From Blasia pusilla (lineage: Eukaryota): a DNA stretch of 64,000 nt. The stretch is taken from positions 31,930,001-31,994,000 of the forward strand of contig CM114271.1 of assembly GCA_050084515.1 (NCBI GenBank). Direction: 5' to 3'. Below are positions 12,061 to 24,268 of the stretch, one piece after another. The stretch's first letter is position 1; the number at the start of each line of letters is the position of its first letter. The translations under genes and the position numbers were made by a program. The notes under the pieces were generated by a model that saw nothing but the letters and a program-made list of their open reading frames with translations, did not search any database and was not told the origin of the DNA.

Positions 12061-15000
12061 TTGGAGATGGCGATCGAGGGAGAACAACCCAAGAAGCGCC
12101 GAATCAAGCGACGTGAACCGAGAGAGGAACCAATGCCGGACCGTGAAGCTATAGAGGAGACGGAGACTCCCGAAGAGCTGAACGCCAGTCGTGAGGACGT
12201 CCCAGTGGCGACTCCTTCCCCGGGGCCAGTGGGCACAAACTCAGGGGAAAGGACGGAGTCGAGCCAGACGTTGGACTTGTTGAAGATGTTGGTGGAGCAG
12301 ATGTCCCAGCAAAGCAAGCGAATTGCAGAGTTAGAGGCCACTCAAAACCCAAGTGCAGGCAAAAAGCTCTGCAGGGGCGAACCGCCACGCCATTTCTTGG
12401 AGTGGGCGCCATGAAAGTGAAGGATTTCCTTACGGAGGCGAATCAGATTTCGAGGCGCAGAGGGCTGCTGAGCAGGACAAGGTGACGGTAGCCGTTACTT
12501 TCCTCAAGGATCATGCTCTACAATGGTGGACCGCTCAACGAGAGGAATATCTGGGCGGCGAGTCACCTCTGAGTTGGGAGGAGTTTAAGGAGTTGATTGG
12601 GGATCGGTTCACTCCGGAGTACCAAGGGTTGCGTGACACGGTGGAATGCATGCGGATGCGGCAGAGTGGTTCCTTAAGCGCGTATGTGAGGGAGTTTAGT
12701 GCGAACTTCTAGTCCGAAGATGGATGAGCACGCGAAGAAGGCTATCTTCATTAGTGGACTCAAGCCGAGCGTTGAGAAGGCCCTTTACCGAATGCCGACG
12801 TTGCCAGAGACCTGCGCGGACCTTCTGAAGCTAGCGGAGGGGATTGGGGACGATGAGGTCCAAACCCAGAAACCCTTCGAGTCAAAAGTTTTTTCGAAGA
12901 AGTCGAAAAATAAGGAGGCGTTCAAAAGAGTCTAGAGTGGGGGCCAGCACAAACCAGGAGAGTCGTGCCCGGCAGCAAAGAAACGAGTGGAACTTCATGC
13001 GGCCGAAAGGAGGACAACACTCAAAGACAGGGAACGGCAAGGTCGTATGCTACAACCGTGTGGCGAACCGGGCACGCGGTCGAAAGGGTGTTCAAACCGA
13101 AGGTTAAGTAACGGGAGTATGATTGCGTTCTTTGCTAAGCATCTGTCGTGGCGATCTTGAGACGCCCCTTCAAGTCACCAAGAGGACGCACAAGTTGGTG
13201 TACCTAAGATCCAAGATTGCTGATCGCGATGTGTTGTTGCTCGTGGATACAGGTGCCGCACTCCTTCCTAAGCGAGAATCGTGAAGGAACCGGGTTGTCT
13301 ACCTCTAAGGCGGACGAGCCCATTCAAGTGGGATTTTTGCAGGAGGCAAGTCTCATCGGACTTTGATTTGGTCTTGGGTTTGTAGGATGCGGGGTATTCG
13401 AGTTGAAGGAGAATTTCATTTGATGCGAAATGGACGGCATTGACGGAGTTTTGGGAATACATTCCTAGATGCGTATGAGGTGGAGTTAAGACGCCGACCA
13501 TTGAGGTTGAGCGTCTTGCTAAAAGGCAAACGGATTCAAAAAGTGCGGTTGGTCCGTGAGGTTCAGCGAAGATGGAGTTGGTGAACTTCGATCACAAGGA
13601 GGAGCATGACTGAGTTGGAGGATGGATTTCTCGCTTGATGAGACAAGTGGAGGAGGCTACAAGCGATGAGACGAGAGATCAAGACGTTGCTTCAAGGGAA
13701 TCCCAGAACCACTCCAGGAAGTGGTCAAGGAGTTTGAGGATGTCTTGACAAATGAGCTTCCGACTAAATTGCCGCCCGCATAGAGCCGTAGATCATAAGA
13801 TAGAGATCATACCCGGTTCCCAACCGCCTTCAAAAGCACCATATAGGTTGAATCGGGAGGAACTTCTTGAGTTGAAAAAGCGATTAAGTGAGCTCTTGGA
13901 AAAGGGTTACATTAGGACTAGCAAGTCACCTTATGGAGCACTGTTCTCTTTGTAAAGAAGAAGGATGGAAAGATGAGGTGTGTGTTGATTACGCGACTTT
14001 GGACAAAGTGACGGTTCGGAACAATTATCCTCTTCCAAGGATAGATGATCTCTTTGATAGGTTTGGCAGCGCGAGATATTTCAGTAGGATTGACTTGAAG
14101 TCGAGGATATTACGATTCGGATTGCCGAGGCGGATGTGGAGAAGCTGCGTGCGTGGGCGAGATACTGTTCCTTTGAGTTTGTAGTGATGCCTTTCGGTCT
14201 ATGTAACGCCTCCGGCGTTCACCACATTGATGAACTCCATTTTTCACAAGGAAATGGATGAGTATGTTATCATCTATATCGATGACATACTTATCTATTC
14301 AAAGTCACTAGAGGAGCACGTTCGACATGTGAGAGCGGTCTTGTCTAAGCTAAGGGCAAATCAGCTGTATGCGAATGTAGAGAAGAGCGAATTTGGTTTG
14401 AGTGAGATCAAATTCTTGGGTCACGTGGTCGGTCTGAGATGGCGTCATCGGACATGGAAAAGGTAAAGGCGATTTCAGTGGGAACCCCATCCACTTTGTA
14501 AAGGGATGAGGAGGTTCATAGGTGCGGTGCAATTTTATCGTACTTATGTGAAAAACTTTTCGGGGATTATGAGATCTCTCACGGATTGGACAGCAAAGTT
14601 TGCCAACACAACTTGGACCCAGGAAGTTAATGAGGCATTCAACCGAGTGAAGCAGATTCTATCGCAGGAACCAGTGTTAAAGCTGCCGAAGTTTGACAAA
14701 CCGTTCAAGTGCATACCGATGCTAGTGATTTGTGGTTGCAGGAATGTTGGTGCAAGAAGGAGACCGGTGGCATATGAGAGCAAGAAGCTTAGCGACACTG
14801 AAAGGAGATGGCCTACTCACGAGAAAGAGTTGTTCGCGGTGGTACATTGCTTGAGGAAGTGGCGGCATTATCTAGGGCTCCACAGGACTCGAGTATTCAC
14901 CGATAATATATCACTCAAGTATTTTGAGACCAGGATCGAGTGACACGAAACAAGCTCGGTGGCATGATACCTGGCGCGATGGATGTAGAGTTGATCCACA

Positions 15001-16548
15001 AGCCAGGTAAAGATAATGTGATTCCAGATCGTTAAGTCGCAAGGAGGAACACATGCCATCGATTTACAGTCTTGAGAGCAATGTTCCCTAAGGAAACAGA
15101 TCTGGAGAGAAGGATTTGTGAAGGATATATGAAGGATGCTCAAGCAGGGGAATACGAGGAAGTTGAAGCAGGGTGAGAAGGTGGCCAACATAAGTTTGAG
15201 GTACGGTTTACTAAGGTTCAAACAGAGTAGGATCTATGTAGGGCAAGGCGGAATCGCGAACCAAGGTGTTAGCGGAATGTCACGACGGGCCCTTGGTAGG
15301 ACATAAAGGAGAGAAATCTCGCTAGTTGATTCATCAAAGCGGTTCTTTTGGCCCAACATGAAGGAGGATGTTGCTCAATATGTGAAGACTGTGTGACCGC
15401 TAGCTTAATAGAGTCTCTTATGATAAGAAAGCAGGGCTTCTTGCATCCCTTGCCGATCCCGAAGGACCCTTGCAAAGTGTGAGTATGGATTTCATCACGA
15501 GTCCTCCATAATCTGGGGCTACAACGCTATACTTGTGATTGTTGATCGGTTTAGCAAGTTGGCGAGATTCGTGCCGACGGTGGATTCCAGAACGGCGCGA
15601 TATGACGGCGCAACTATTCCTCGATAGCTGGTGGCGTGCTCATGGTTTGCCGAGGAGCATTGTTTCAGATCGGGATCCAAAGTTTACGGTGCTTTCGGAA
15701 GCACTTGTTCGAAGGTTTAAGACCAAGCTGAGTTTGATGACGGCTTTCCACCCGCAGACGGATGGCCGGTGAAAAGGTAAACTCTATCATGAATCAAGAT
15801 TTGAGGAATTATGTCGGTCTTTGATCAACGCGATTGGGTCGGTGGTGAGCATGGCGGAATCATTGCTACAACTCGACCAAGCATTTCGCGAATCGAGAAT
15901 CTCCGTTTCTCTGGAAAATGGACGAGAGCTAGAAGGGCCTCTTGATCTAGCCCTTTCGAAGGGTACTACATTGGCATGAACACGACAAGCGACGGCAGAA
16001 GGTTTGTTGGTAGAGATGCGAGAACAGGAAGAGTGCGCGAGGCGAAGTCTTGCAAAGGCTCAAAGGAGGTACGTTAAGCATGCTAACAAGATTCGGCGCC
16101 AATTACGATTCCAAATTGGAGAACAAGTGTGGTTGAGTGTAAAGAATCTCACTCTTCCGAAAGAGTTGTCTACGAAGCTGTCTGCCAAGTATGCTCGACC
16201 GTATGTGATTGTGGCAAACCCGTTTGAGGATGTGTATACGTTGAGGTTCTTCGGGCGTGTTCAAGATTCACCCGACCTTTCATGTGTCATTGTTGAAGAA
16301 ATATCTTCAAGATAATGGACGTTCGGCGGAGCAGTGGTGAGACCGCACCGGTCATCGTAAATGAAGAGCCGGAGTTTGAGGTGGAGACCATCTTACGTTC
16401 GAGGCGTCGGGCCAACAAGTATGAATACTTGGTAAAATGGAAGGGCTACCATGTGAAGGAGGCGACTTGGATTGCGGAGGCGGATTTGGAACACGCGCAA
16501 GAGTTGTTGCGTGACTTCAAGCGAACACAAGCGAAGCACATACGTTAG
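12061..16548 (+). pseudogene. Gag-protease-RT-RNase H-integrase-chromodomain polyprotein, heavily frameshifted
   Basis: Gag (ALQWW..WEEFK), protease LLVDTGA near 13240, RT YIDDIL, RNase H PVAYESKKL, integrase SIVSDRDP..HPQTDG, chromodomain FEVETIL..YLVKWKGY..ATW at 16315-16548. Confidence 0.9.
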
Positions 16549-17239
16549 TACAAGGAGAAGCTAGAGACATTACTTGTAATCAGTGGAATCTTGGGCCGAA
16601 GGCCGTTGTAACTAGAATATGCTAGTGTTGCAATAAAGGAGTGTATGGATTTGGAGATTCGATACCAGGGTTGATTGCAATTTGTATGTGGTAGTGCATG
16701 GCTATGAGTCGTTCATCATAGACTTAGAATGTACGACAAGAGGACAGACAAGGAGTATTTGAGGTGAGAGCTCGTATGTGGATAAGCATTTAGAACAGGA
16801 CCTTGTGTTGGATTACACTCGGGCTCGCCCTAGCGTCGGCGGGGCAGATGAAGTCTGTCTTGGGGCTTGGGGTGATCTTACTTGTGGCCACATAAGTAAA
16901 CTTAGTGACGCGCCTAAGTCGAATACGAGAGCGACCCAATAGTAGTACGATTTGTGGACCAGGTAAACACGTGTGATGTTTACATAAATGAGTCGAAAGA
17001 GTCTAAGGTTGCACACTTAGTTAGCTTATTTGATAGGTTAGTTCCTTGGAACTAGTCCAGGCTTATCGAAGATGAGAGGCTAATAATTCTAAGTGGGGCA
17101 AAGCGACAACTAGAGACTAAGAGGAATTGCGGATTAGCCACCAGAACGCAATTCAATGTCAAGGGGTAGGCTGCCCAGGAGACTTGACATAATAAAAGTT
17201 TGCGTTGATGAGGGCATCAACCTCTAAAAGAGGGGTGAG

Positions 17240-17897
17240 TGTCGCGACCCTCATGACCAAACAAGTGCCAAGCGGAACATTGGAACATTAGCGGGCTCAC
17301 GCTAAGATGGTTTGCGCGTTGGAGTTGTCTCAAAGAAGAGACAAGAGACGAGACGCGAGCGAGAAGTCGCGTTTCAGATGTGATGGTCGCCACCCAGAAA
17401 CCTGGACCAAACGCGGAATGAGACTTGAAAGAAGTCGAGTCTAGGAAGTGGGTTGCCAAAGGAAAGATCCGGATTTGGAACGCCACTTGCGTTTGAGAGT
17501 TTCCGACTTGATTTATGGCCATAACTTTTAGCGCCGAGATGCGTTTGGAGCAAATAAGGATGCGTTGGAAAGCTTATGGAGAGTCGGTCCAAACGCATCT
17601 CGGCGCGAAAAGTTATGGCCATAAATAAAGTCGGAAACTCTCAAACGCAATTGGCGTTCCAAATCCGGATCTTTCCTTTGGCAACCCACTTCCTAGACTC
17701 GACTTCTTTCAAGTCTCATTCCGCGTTTGGTCCAGGTTTCTGAGTCGCGACCATCACATCTAAAACGCGACTTCTCGCTTGCGTCTCGTCTCTTGTCTCT
17801 TCTTTGAGACAACTCCAACGCGCAAACCATCTTAGCGTGAGCCCGCTAATGTTCCGATGTTCCGCTTGGCACTTGTTTGGTCATGAGGGTCGCGACA
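17240..17897. repeat. Fold-back 3' LTR: palindrome with 310-bp arms (17240-17549 / 17588-17897) and 38-nt loop
   Basis: Direct reading shows 17588-17897 is the reverse complement of 17240-17549 with a few mismatches. Confidence 0.93.
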
Positions 17898-20109
17898 TTG
17901 GGGGGGGAGAGTATTTCAGAGAATGAAGAGAGGCTTATATAAGTATGGCTTGCAGTAGCAACATTTGAGGGAGTGGGACCTATAGTTGTCATGGTTGGCT
18001 ATGGGATATTGCTTCAGTCAATAAACATCCTGGAGAAATTAATTTTCATTATACTTTTTGTTGTATCGGAGAGAGCCAGACTTACCTGTAACTATTTGGT
18101 GTGATATGGCAAAGGTGACCTTGATGACCCGGATGTATAGGTACAAGCATGTTCTCAAAGGGCAGAGATTTCTCATAGAGTTATGCTTATGGCATTTGAG
18201 AAGTTAGCTATTGCTCAACATACGAATACGTTGAGGTACATGATCATTCATCGAGGGGTTTCTCATCTAGGGATAATGAGATTCCATCATGGAAGAACTT
18301 ACAGTAGGAAGCACCCCACAACACTAGGTGTTACTACAAGGTGCATGATTTTGCGTGTTGGCTTAGTTTTTGCTTCTAGAGTGCATCCCAACCTTGCTCT
18401 TCCTTGGTTCATAACTTGTTGAAAGTGAGTCTTTTAACAAGTTCTATGGAGTTGATAATTTCTTCAAGATTAATTTTGTGGCCAAGAAATATGTCTACCA
18501 TTTCTTGGTTTTAACCCACTTTGCAAAAAAAAATTTATTATACTGTATCCCAATTCTGGATTATGCTTCATAAATAAACAAATAAATAAAAGATCCAAAA
18601 GGGCTACAAAACTAGAAGATGACCTTAACTCACTCAGTCATAGTAGGATGACCATGTAAGTCATAAACTCACAACTAAGAACTGAAATGAGCATGAATCA
18701 ATGACTAACTGAGTCATTAAAAAAAGAGACAATCATTTGGAAAAGGCTTGAGTACCACCTCTTAGTCATTTGATGATAAGTGGGATGTTTTCATGATTGA
18801 AAGAGGATAATACTACTCATGCAATTATGAAAAATTTAACAACCTAGTCACAAAATACCAAATGTCACCGCTAACTTCATAGGTGTTACAACATTATTGG
18901 AGTATCTTCAGACACTTTATCTTGTGGTTGGTACCTATGAATGTCTATGTGAGTCGTAGCATATTATAATAGATGACTAGCAAATGACTAGACCATATAT
19001 TTTTTCATTTAATACATGTCACAAGCTAATGTGTTATTTCTCCACGTCATCTACATGACATGGCAATCCTGTTGTTACATCATCAAATTAATGTGGCAAT
19101 CATTACAATTTGCACATTAATTTGATTCCAATAATATTTTATGTCCATGTCAGCAAACCATGGTAGTTTTTGTAATCATTCAAGATGTATGACTTGACAT
19201 TGTGACTCTACGAGTAACCAATCAATCTTAATTGTAGAACATGATATGTGACTTGTTTAAGTCATAAAATAAAACCTACTCATAAATCCCTTGTTTTCTT
19301 CTAGTGCATCCATAGGGGAAATCTTCTAAGTTTGGGTAGTTTTTTGACGAAATGTTTTAGGTCACATATCCCAACACTCTTTCGCCAAGGATACACTTGG
19401 CGAAAGAGAATGAAAGTTCTTCTGTAAGTGATTTTCAAAAGTTGTGTGTGAATCATGACCCTAATAAAAACAAACTCACTTCATGATTTCATTTAATTTC
19501 ATGCCATGTTATTCCCCATGTTAATATAAATGTTGTGTTTGTTCTCCCTATCAAGTCACTCCCCGTGGTGCTCGTAAACTTGTGTTTTCCGGCTCTATTT
19601 AATGGCTATCTTCCTTAGTGTTATGTGCAATGCCCATGCCATGTTATTCTCTCTCTTATGTGCAGACGTGTTGGTCCCATGATGCTTCTCTCTGAAGTGT
19701 TATTCTCCTTGTTGTGTTACTCCCCATTGTGGATGTAAACTTGTGTTTAATGGGTATCTCCCCTCAGTGTTATGTGCAATGCCATGCCGTGTTGATGATG
19801 TCGTGTTAGTGTGAACGTTGTATGTTGGGCTAACCGGACTCCTCCGCAGTGTTACTCCCTTTAATGTCTCCAAACCCAAAACCGGGCCACATAGTGGTTC
19901 CATTAATGTCATAAATCATAGTAGTCCTACTAGTTAAATCCTGAAAGTCGTACCCTATGGACATACATTTGGCGCCCATCGGAAAACTCATTCTTACAAG
20001 GAAAATATACGTTGTTTGAAATGAAAATTTAATTCCGTAATATTAGCGAAGTCTCCCACATACTTTCTTGAAAATTATAGTTAATTTTCTAGCTAAAGAG
20101 GTGGTTTCC

Positions 20110-23100
20110 CATCACTAGATTTTCCTAGTTTTCTTCCCGGTCAATTTTAAATCCAGACTTAAAATATCCACTTTATTATAAAAATAAAGATAAACATCAA
20201 AAGAGGACAAAGAAAGGTAACAACATCTCAAAAGAGGAGTCAAAAAATGCATAATGGAACGCAAAAAGAAAATGACAACTGACCAGAGCAAACTCCAACT
20301 CAACGATCTACACGATTGATAGCCTGAAAAAAATTTGACAAGAACACAAGTGGTTGATCAGACGTGAATGGACGACGAGGCGAGCGATCCCCCACCACCT
20401 TCGCACAATGTATCAATGCCAAGGCTTGTGCACGTTGTAAGGCCACTGAGATGCATTGCCGAAAAGAAGTAGTAACTACAAAGAGAGAAGGACTACGAGA
20501 AGGGGCAACGTGATGATTCTCCAGGAAGTGATGAGCACATGTTTTCAAGAAAATATCAAAAGACACATGTAAATGACCGAATACTTCCACTGAAAAAGGA
20601 AGAAATGCATCACTCGAATGTTTCACAGAATTACTTAACTCCTTGATTCTTGCTGCAGTTTCGGCCGCCAAACCTTTGGTATATGCGGCTTGACACACCA
20701 AGTCAGAACGTGTTGGATCAACAACCACCACATCACCTTCTGTCTGGAATCCACCTCGAGACATAATATGATCAACTCTCGGACGAGAGGTTGCTTGTGT
20801 GGTTGAAGGTAGGACAAGGAGTTGCTCTTGCCCAACGACGTATCCTATAGTACGAGCCACCGATGCTACTGCCTCTGTAATGACATCATGTATGGTTGTT
20901 CATTCTCCACCATGTGCACATCGGAGAATATGGATACCCTTGGCATCAATGGAATCTCCGCATACACAATTCGACACACTTAACAGAGAAGGATGGGGAA
21001 GTCTAAGGCGTAACCGCAAAACCAAGAATATACTTTGAGAAAGACGAAATGGAAGAATAAGCGTATTTGCAGTCAGCCATATCCTCGCTCTAGTACCCGC
21101 ACATGAACGCACAAGCTCGATGAACGTCAGAGGATGCCTCAGAGAGAATGCTGGAAAAATTGATTTGATGCAGATTCTCGGAGATATGCTCTTGAAGTCG
21201 ATCAAGCCCTTGCGTAATCAATTGACTCAAAAGGGGGTAGAATTGCTTGTGTAGCAAGAGGAAGAAGAGCTCGGGCAGATTTTAGTTGTTGTTGAAATAA
21301 TAAGTCCCCCCCCTCTACATGGGCAATATGATCCATCAAGATAAGTGTTTCTCCTTGGAGAAACTTTGAAGCCATGATTCGTGCTACCAACGCCCAAGTT
21401 CCCAAAAAGGTTGTAGGATCAGATGCGACTGTGGAGTAAAGTCCCACCCCTCCAAAAGAAATAGGCAAGATAGCTTGTCGTGAAACCAAGACACCATCCT
21501 CTCCCTCAAATATATTTGGGCCAATAAGTTGACCAAAAGTTACCAAGATAGAAGCGTCAAAAGAGGCCAACCGATGTAAGAACCTTGAAGTGGGAGGACA
21601 CGTGCGAAGAAGGTAGGAGGGACGTCATAGGAAACATTGGGAGAGAATCCCATAAGTCACTTGGGGATCCCCTAGATGAGGTAACAAATGAAGGCATTCC
21701 ACGTCTTTCAAAAGGGCCCCATCCAAGAACTTTGAGACATACTCGATGAAGCCAATTGGGACCCCAAGAACCCTAACCCCTTCAATGCAGATGGAAAAAT
21801 CAGGAGTAGGCAAGCTGAATGTTGAGGGAAGGCATGAAGGAGACCATACTCCACATTTACTAGGTTGGAATTTAAGATTTAAGAAAGAGAGTTGCTCCAC
21901 GAAATGGGTATAAGCAAGAACCACTTCACAAGGAGGTCTTATAATGTGAGTGTCATCAACAATAGAAGGGAAAATAAAAGATGGAAATGCTTGCGCTGAT
22001 GTTCAAAGGGTACAAAAATAGACAATGGCAAAGAATGGGCCATCCATGGGATCACCTTGACATGTGTCACAAGCCGATTGGAGAATACTACATTTCCCAG
22101 AAGTAGTATGATGAGAATAGATAATGGGTGTATCATAGGCATAAAAGGAGCAAACAAATGGAATGAGACTCGCAACTTGTCCTCTTGCAACGTAACTCCT
22201 CAAAGGTGGTCGCATGAGAAATTGAATTGACTGTGTTAGCCACATTGTGGATAAATATCAAGAGTGGAGCGAATCCCATGCACCACAACCTCACAACCTC
22301 TAGGAGTTGCCATTCCAAATTGATGAGGAAATAAGTGGGCACTTAATTAAGTGAGGATGAAATTGCAAGCACAGGGATCGACTAACCAAGTGGTATAAAA
22401 CCTCTCCAATAGCCAAAGAGCATACACCTAAAGGAGGCTTATCCATAACCAACAAACGACAAGCCCCTAAGAGCCTAGAGCTAGAGAATGGGAGATGACC
22501 TGCGGCAATATGTGCACACACCTTATATAGAGAGACAAAGCCACTTGCTGAATGTGTCGGATAAAGAAATTGCGGAGATGCTAAAAACCATCATGATAGC
22601 CCGCTTGCTGATAAGCGAGGAGTATGAAGAGAATCCCTCGTGAAAACCTCCAAGTCAAGATCCGTTATATAGTCTTCCACAAAAGGTGATGCATCACCAT
22701 TTGAAGGAGGGTGAAGAGCTTCTAAGAGAGCCGCTGTATCCGCACTTGGAAGTGCCGGAGAGAGAGGACCTAATGCTCAAGCCGCACGTGAAAACTCACC
22801 AACCTGCCCCAAAAGTAGACTTCGCAAAAGGCGTTGTTGTATGGAAGGCCTTCCATGATTGGCATGTTCAATCGGTTATAAGACCTCTACTCAAAATACA
22901 TGCTCATTCAGAAGATTCTCACAATCCCCAGACATAAAATGTTGAATACGTGTGGAGGTTTCACAATAAACCGTCGCACCACCCCTTGGAGGAAGGACTA
23001 AAACCCATTGTGGGAAGAGTAATAGAAGATACCAAACATTAATATATGTGGGATCACGCAATAACCTTTCTAATGGGAAAAACAAAGCTTGTTGGGTGAT

Positions 23101-23790
23101 GCGGCGAAGAGTACTAGGAAAGCAAGTGTAGAGTCTAGGACGAGGGAGACCTAGATGGAAAGAGCGAAGGAGATCAATTTGGCTTAACCAGGTCCAAGCA
23201 GTTGTTGTGGGGAGTGCAGTAGGAGGTGGTATCGGGTTAGGGATTGAAGGCCCATGCATGGATCGACAATACCGTTGATGTCTTTTGATTCCATTAGGAG
23301 CAAACTCCTTACCACAAGATATGCAACGAGCCTTTGATACAAATGTAGAAGTAGAGGGGTTACAAGGAGAGGAGGTGGGAGATGCAAGAGGTGATGATGG
23401 ACGACGATGAGGGGGTAAGTAGGTTGGGGAAGGAGGAGGAGGATAAGGGTAGAATAGATGGGAGTTGGAACCAAGGGCATAGATGAGATATGTAAGGATG
23501 GCAAAGTAGTAGGATTGGATAATAATGGATCAAGATTAGGCTCAATAGATTGAGACGAAGAGGGAAGAAGAGGAGACTTTGGAAGAAATGTATCGAGTGT
23601 AATGGGTGTATTAGTATCTAGAGAAAAATGATGATATCTACGATGAGGAGGTGAACCAGGGGGAGAGGTTACGGATGTAGGAGGGCATGTAAAACCAGAG
23701 AAGCAAGTAGATGGAGAATCCAACTCCATCTCTAATGCCATAGGAGCAAAGGTAGGCAAATTATCGAAAACAAGGGAAAACATATGAAAC
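20110..23790 (-). mobile_element. Degenerate CRE-like non-LTR retrotransposon with restriction-like endonuclease (RLE)
   Basis: RT fragments (CRLLVMDKPPLGVCSLAIGE; QGDPMDG; GVRVLGVPIG). CCHC-type CVCG..HILRCAHGGE. RLE RVD..DVVVVDPT..KE..FLPFSVEVFG at 20300-20860. Many stops and frameshifts; ends are approximate. Confidence 0.75.
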
Positions 23791-24268
23791 GTGGTTTGGA
23801 GAAAGCATGAGGGTACGGAGAAAAAAAATCAATCCAAAAAAAATTTACATAAAAAGAGCAAGATTAGGCAATAATAAATTTATGATTAAAAATTATTTTA
23901 AGAAGTTTAACAAAAAATTGAAAAGAAAAGTAATTTATATGATACGGAAAGAAACGACAAGAAATTTCTTGGGTCATTTCTTGATGAAATGACCCAAGAA
24001 ATTCTAATCTCTTTAAATATAAAATAGACTTTACAAAGAATACCGGTACTAACTCCGGCATCAACTGAGGGTTCGGGGTTTATCGCCCTGGAATGAATGC
24101 CAACGCACGGCCAATTGCCGTCGTTTTGGACGGCCGGTTTGTCGGAAACGCCGTGACCAAATTCCCGAGGACGACAGACGACACATGTGGAAGGAGTGGA
24201 TTCTGCGAAGAGGTGGACGTCAAGCGATCTTCAGAGTAGTGGCGAAGACGATCAAATATTGAATTTCA

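Larger units (their letters stand above)
10916..17897 (+). mobile_element. Chromovirus (Ty3/gypsy) LTR retrotransposon inserted in a PHD-gypsy integrase remnant
   Basis: 5' LTR TGTCGCG..CGCGACA at 10916-11917. PBS TGGTATCAGAGC at 11920-11931. PPT AAAAGAGGGGTGAG at 17226-17239. TSD TTGGG at 10911-10915 and 17898-17902. Flanks at about 10690-10915 and 17898-18380 are integrase remnants. Confidence 0.93.

Noticed and set aside
18600-19306. Possible CACTA remnant (TTTTCTTCTAGTG end, AGTCAT/ATGACT sub-repeats)
   Set aside because: Only one convincing terminus, and no TSD or transposase.
19490-19830. Short imperfect tandem duplication (GTTATGTGCAATGCC..)
   Set aside because: Degenerate, with no identifiable function or element boundaries.
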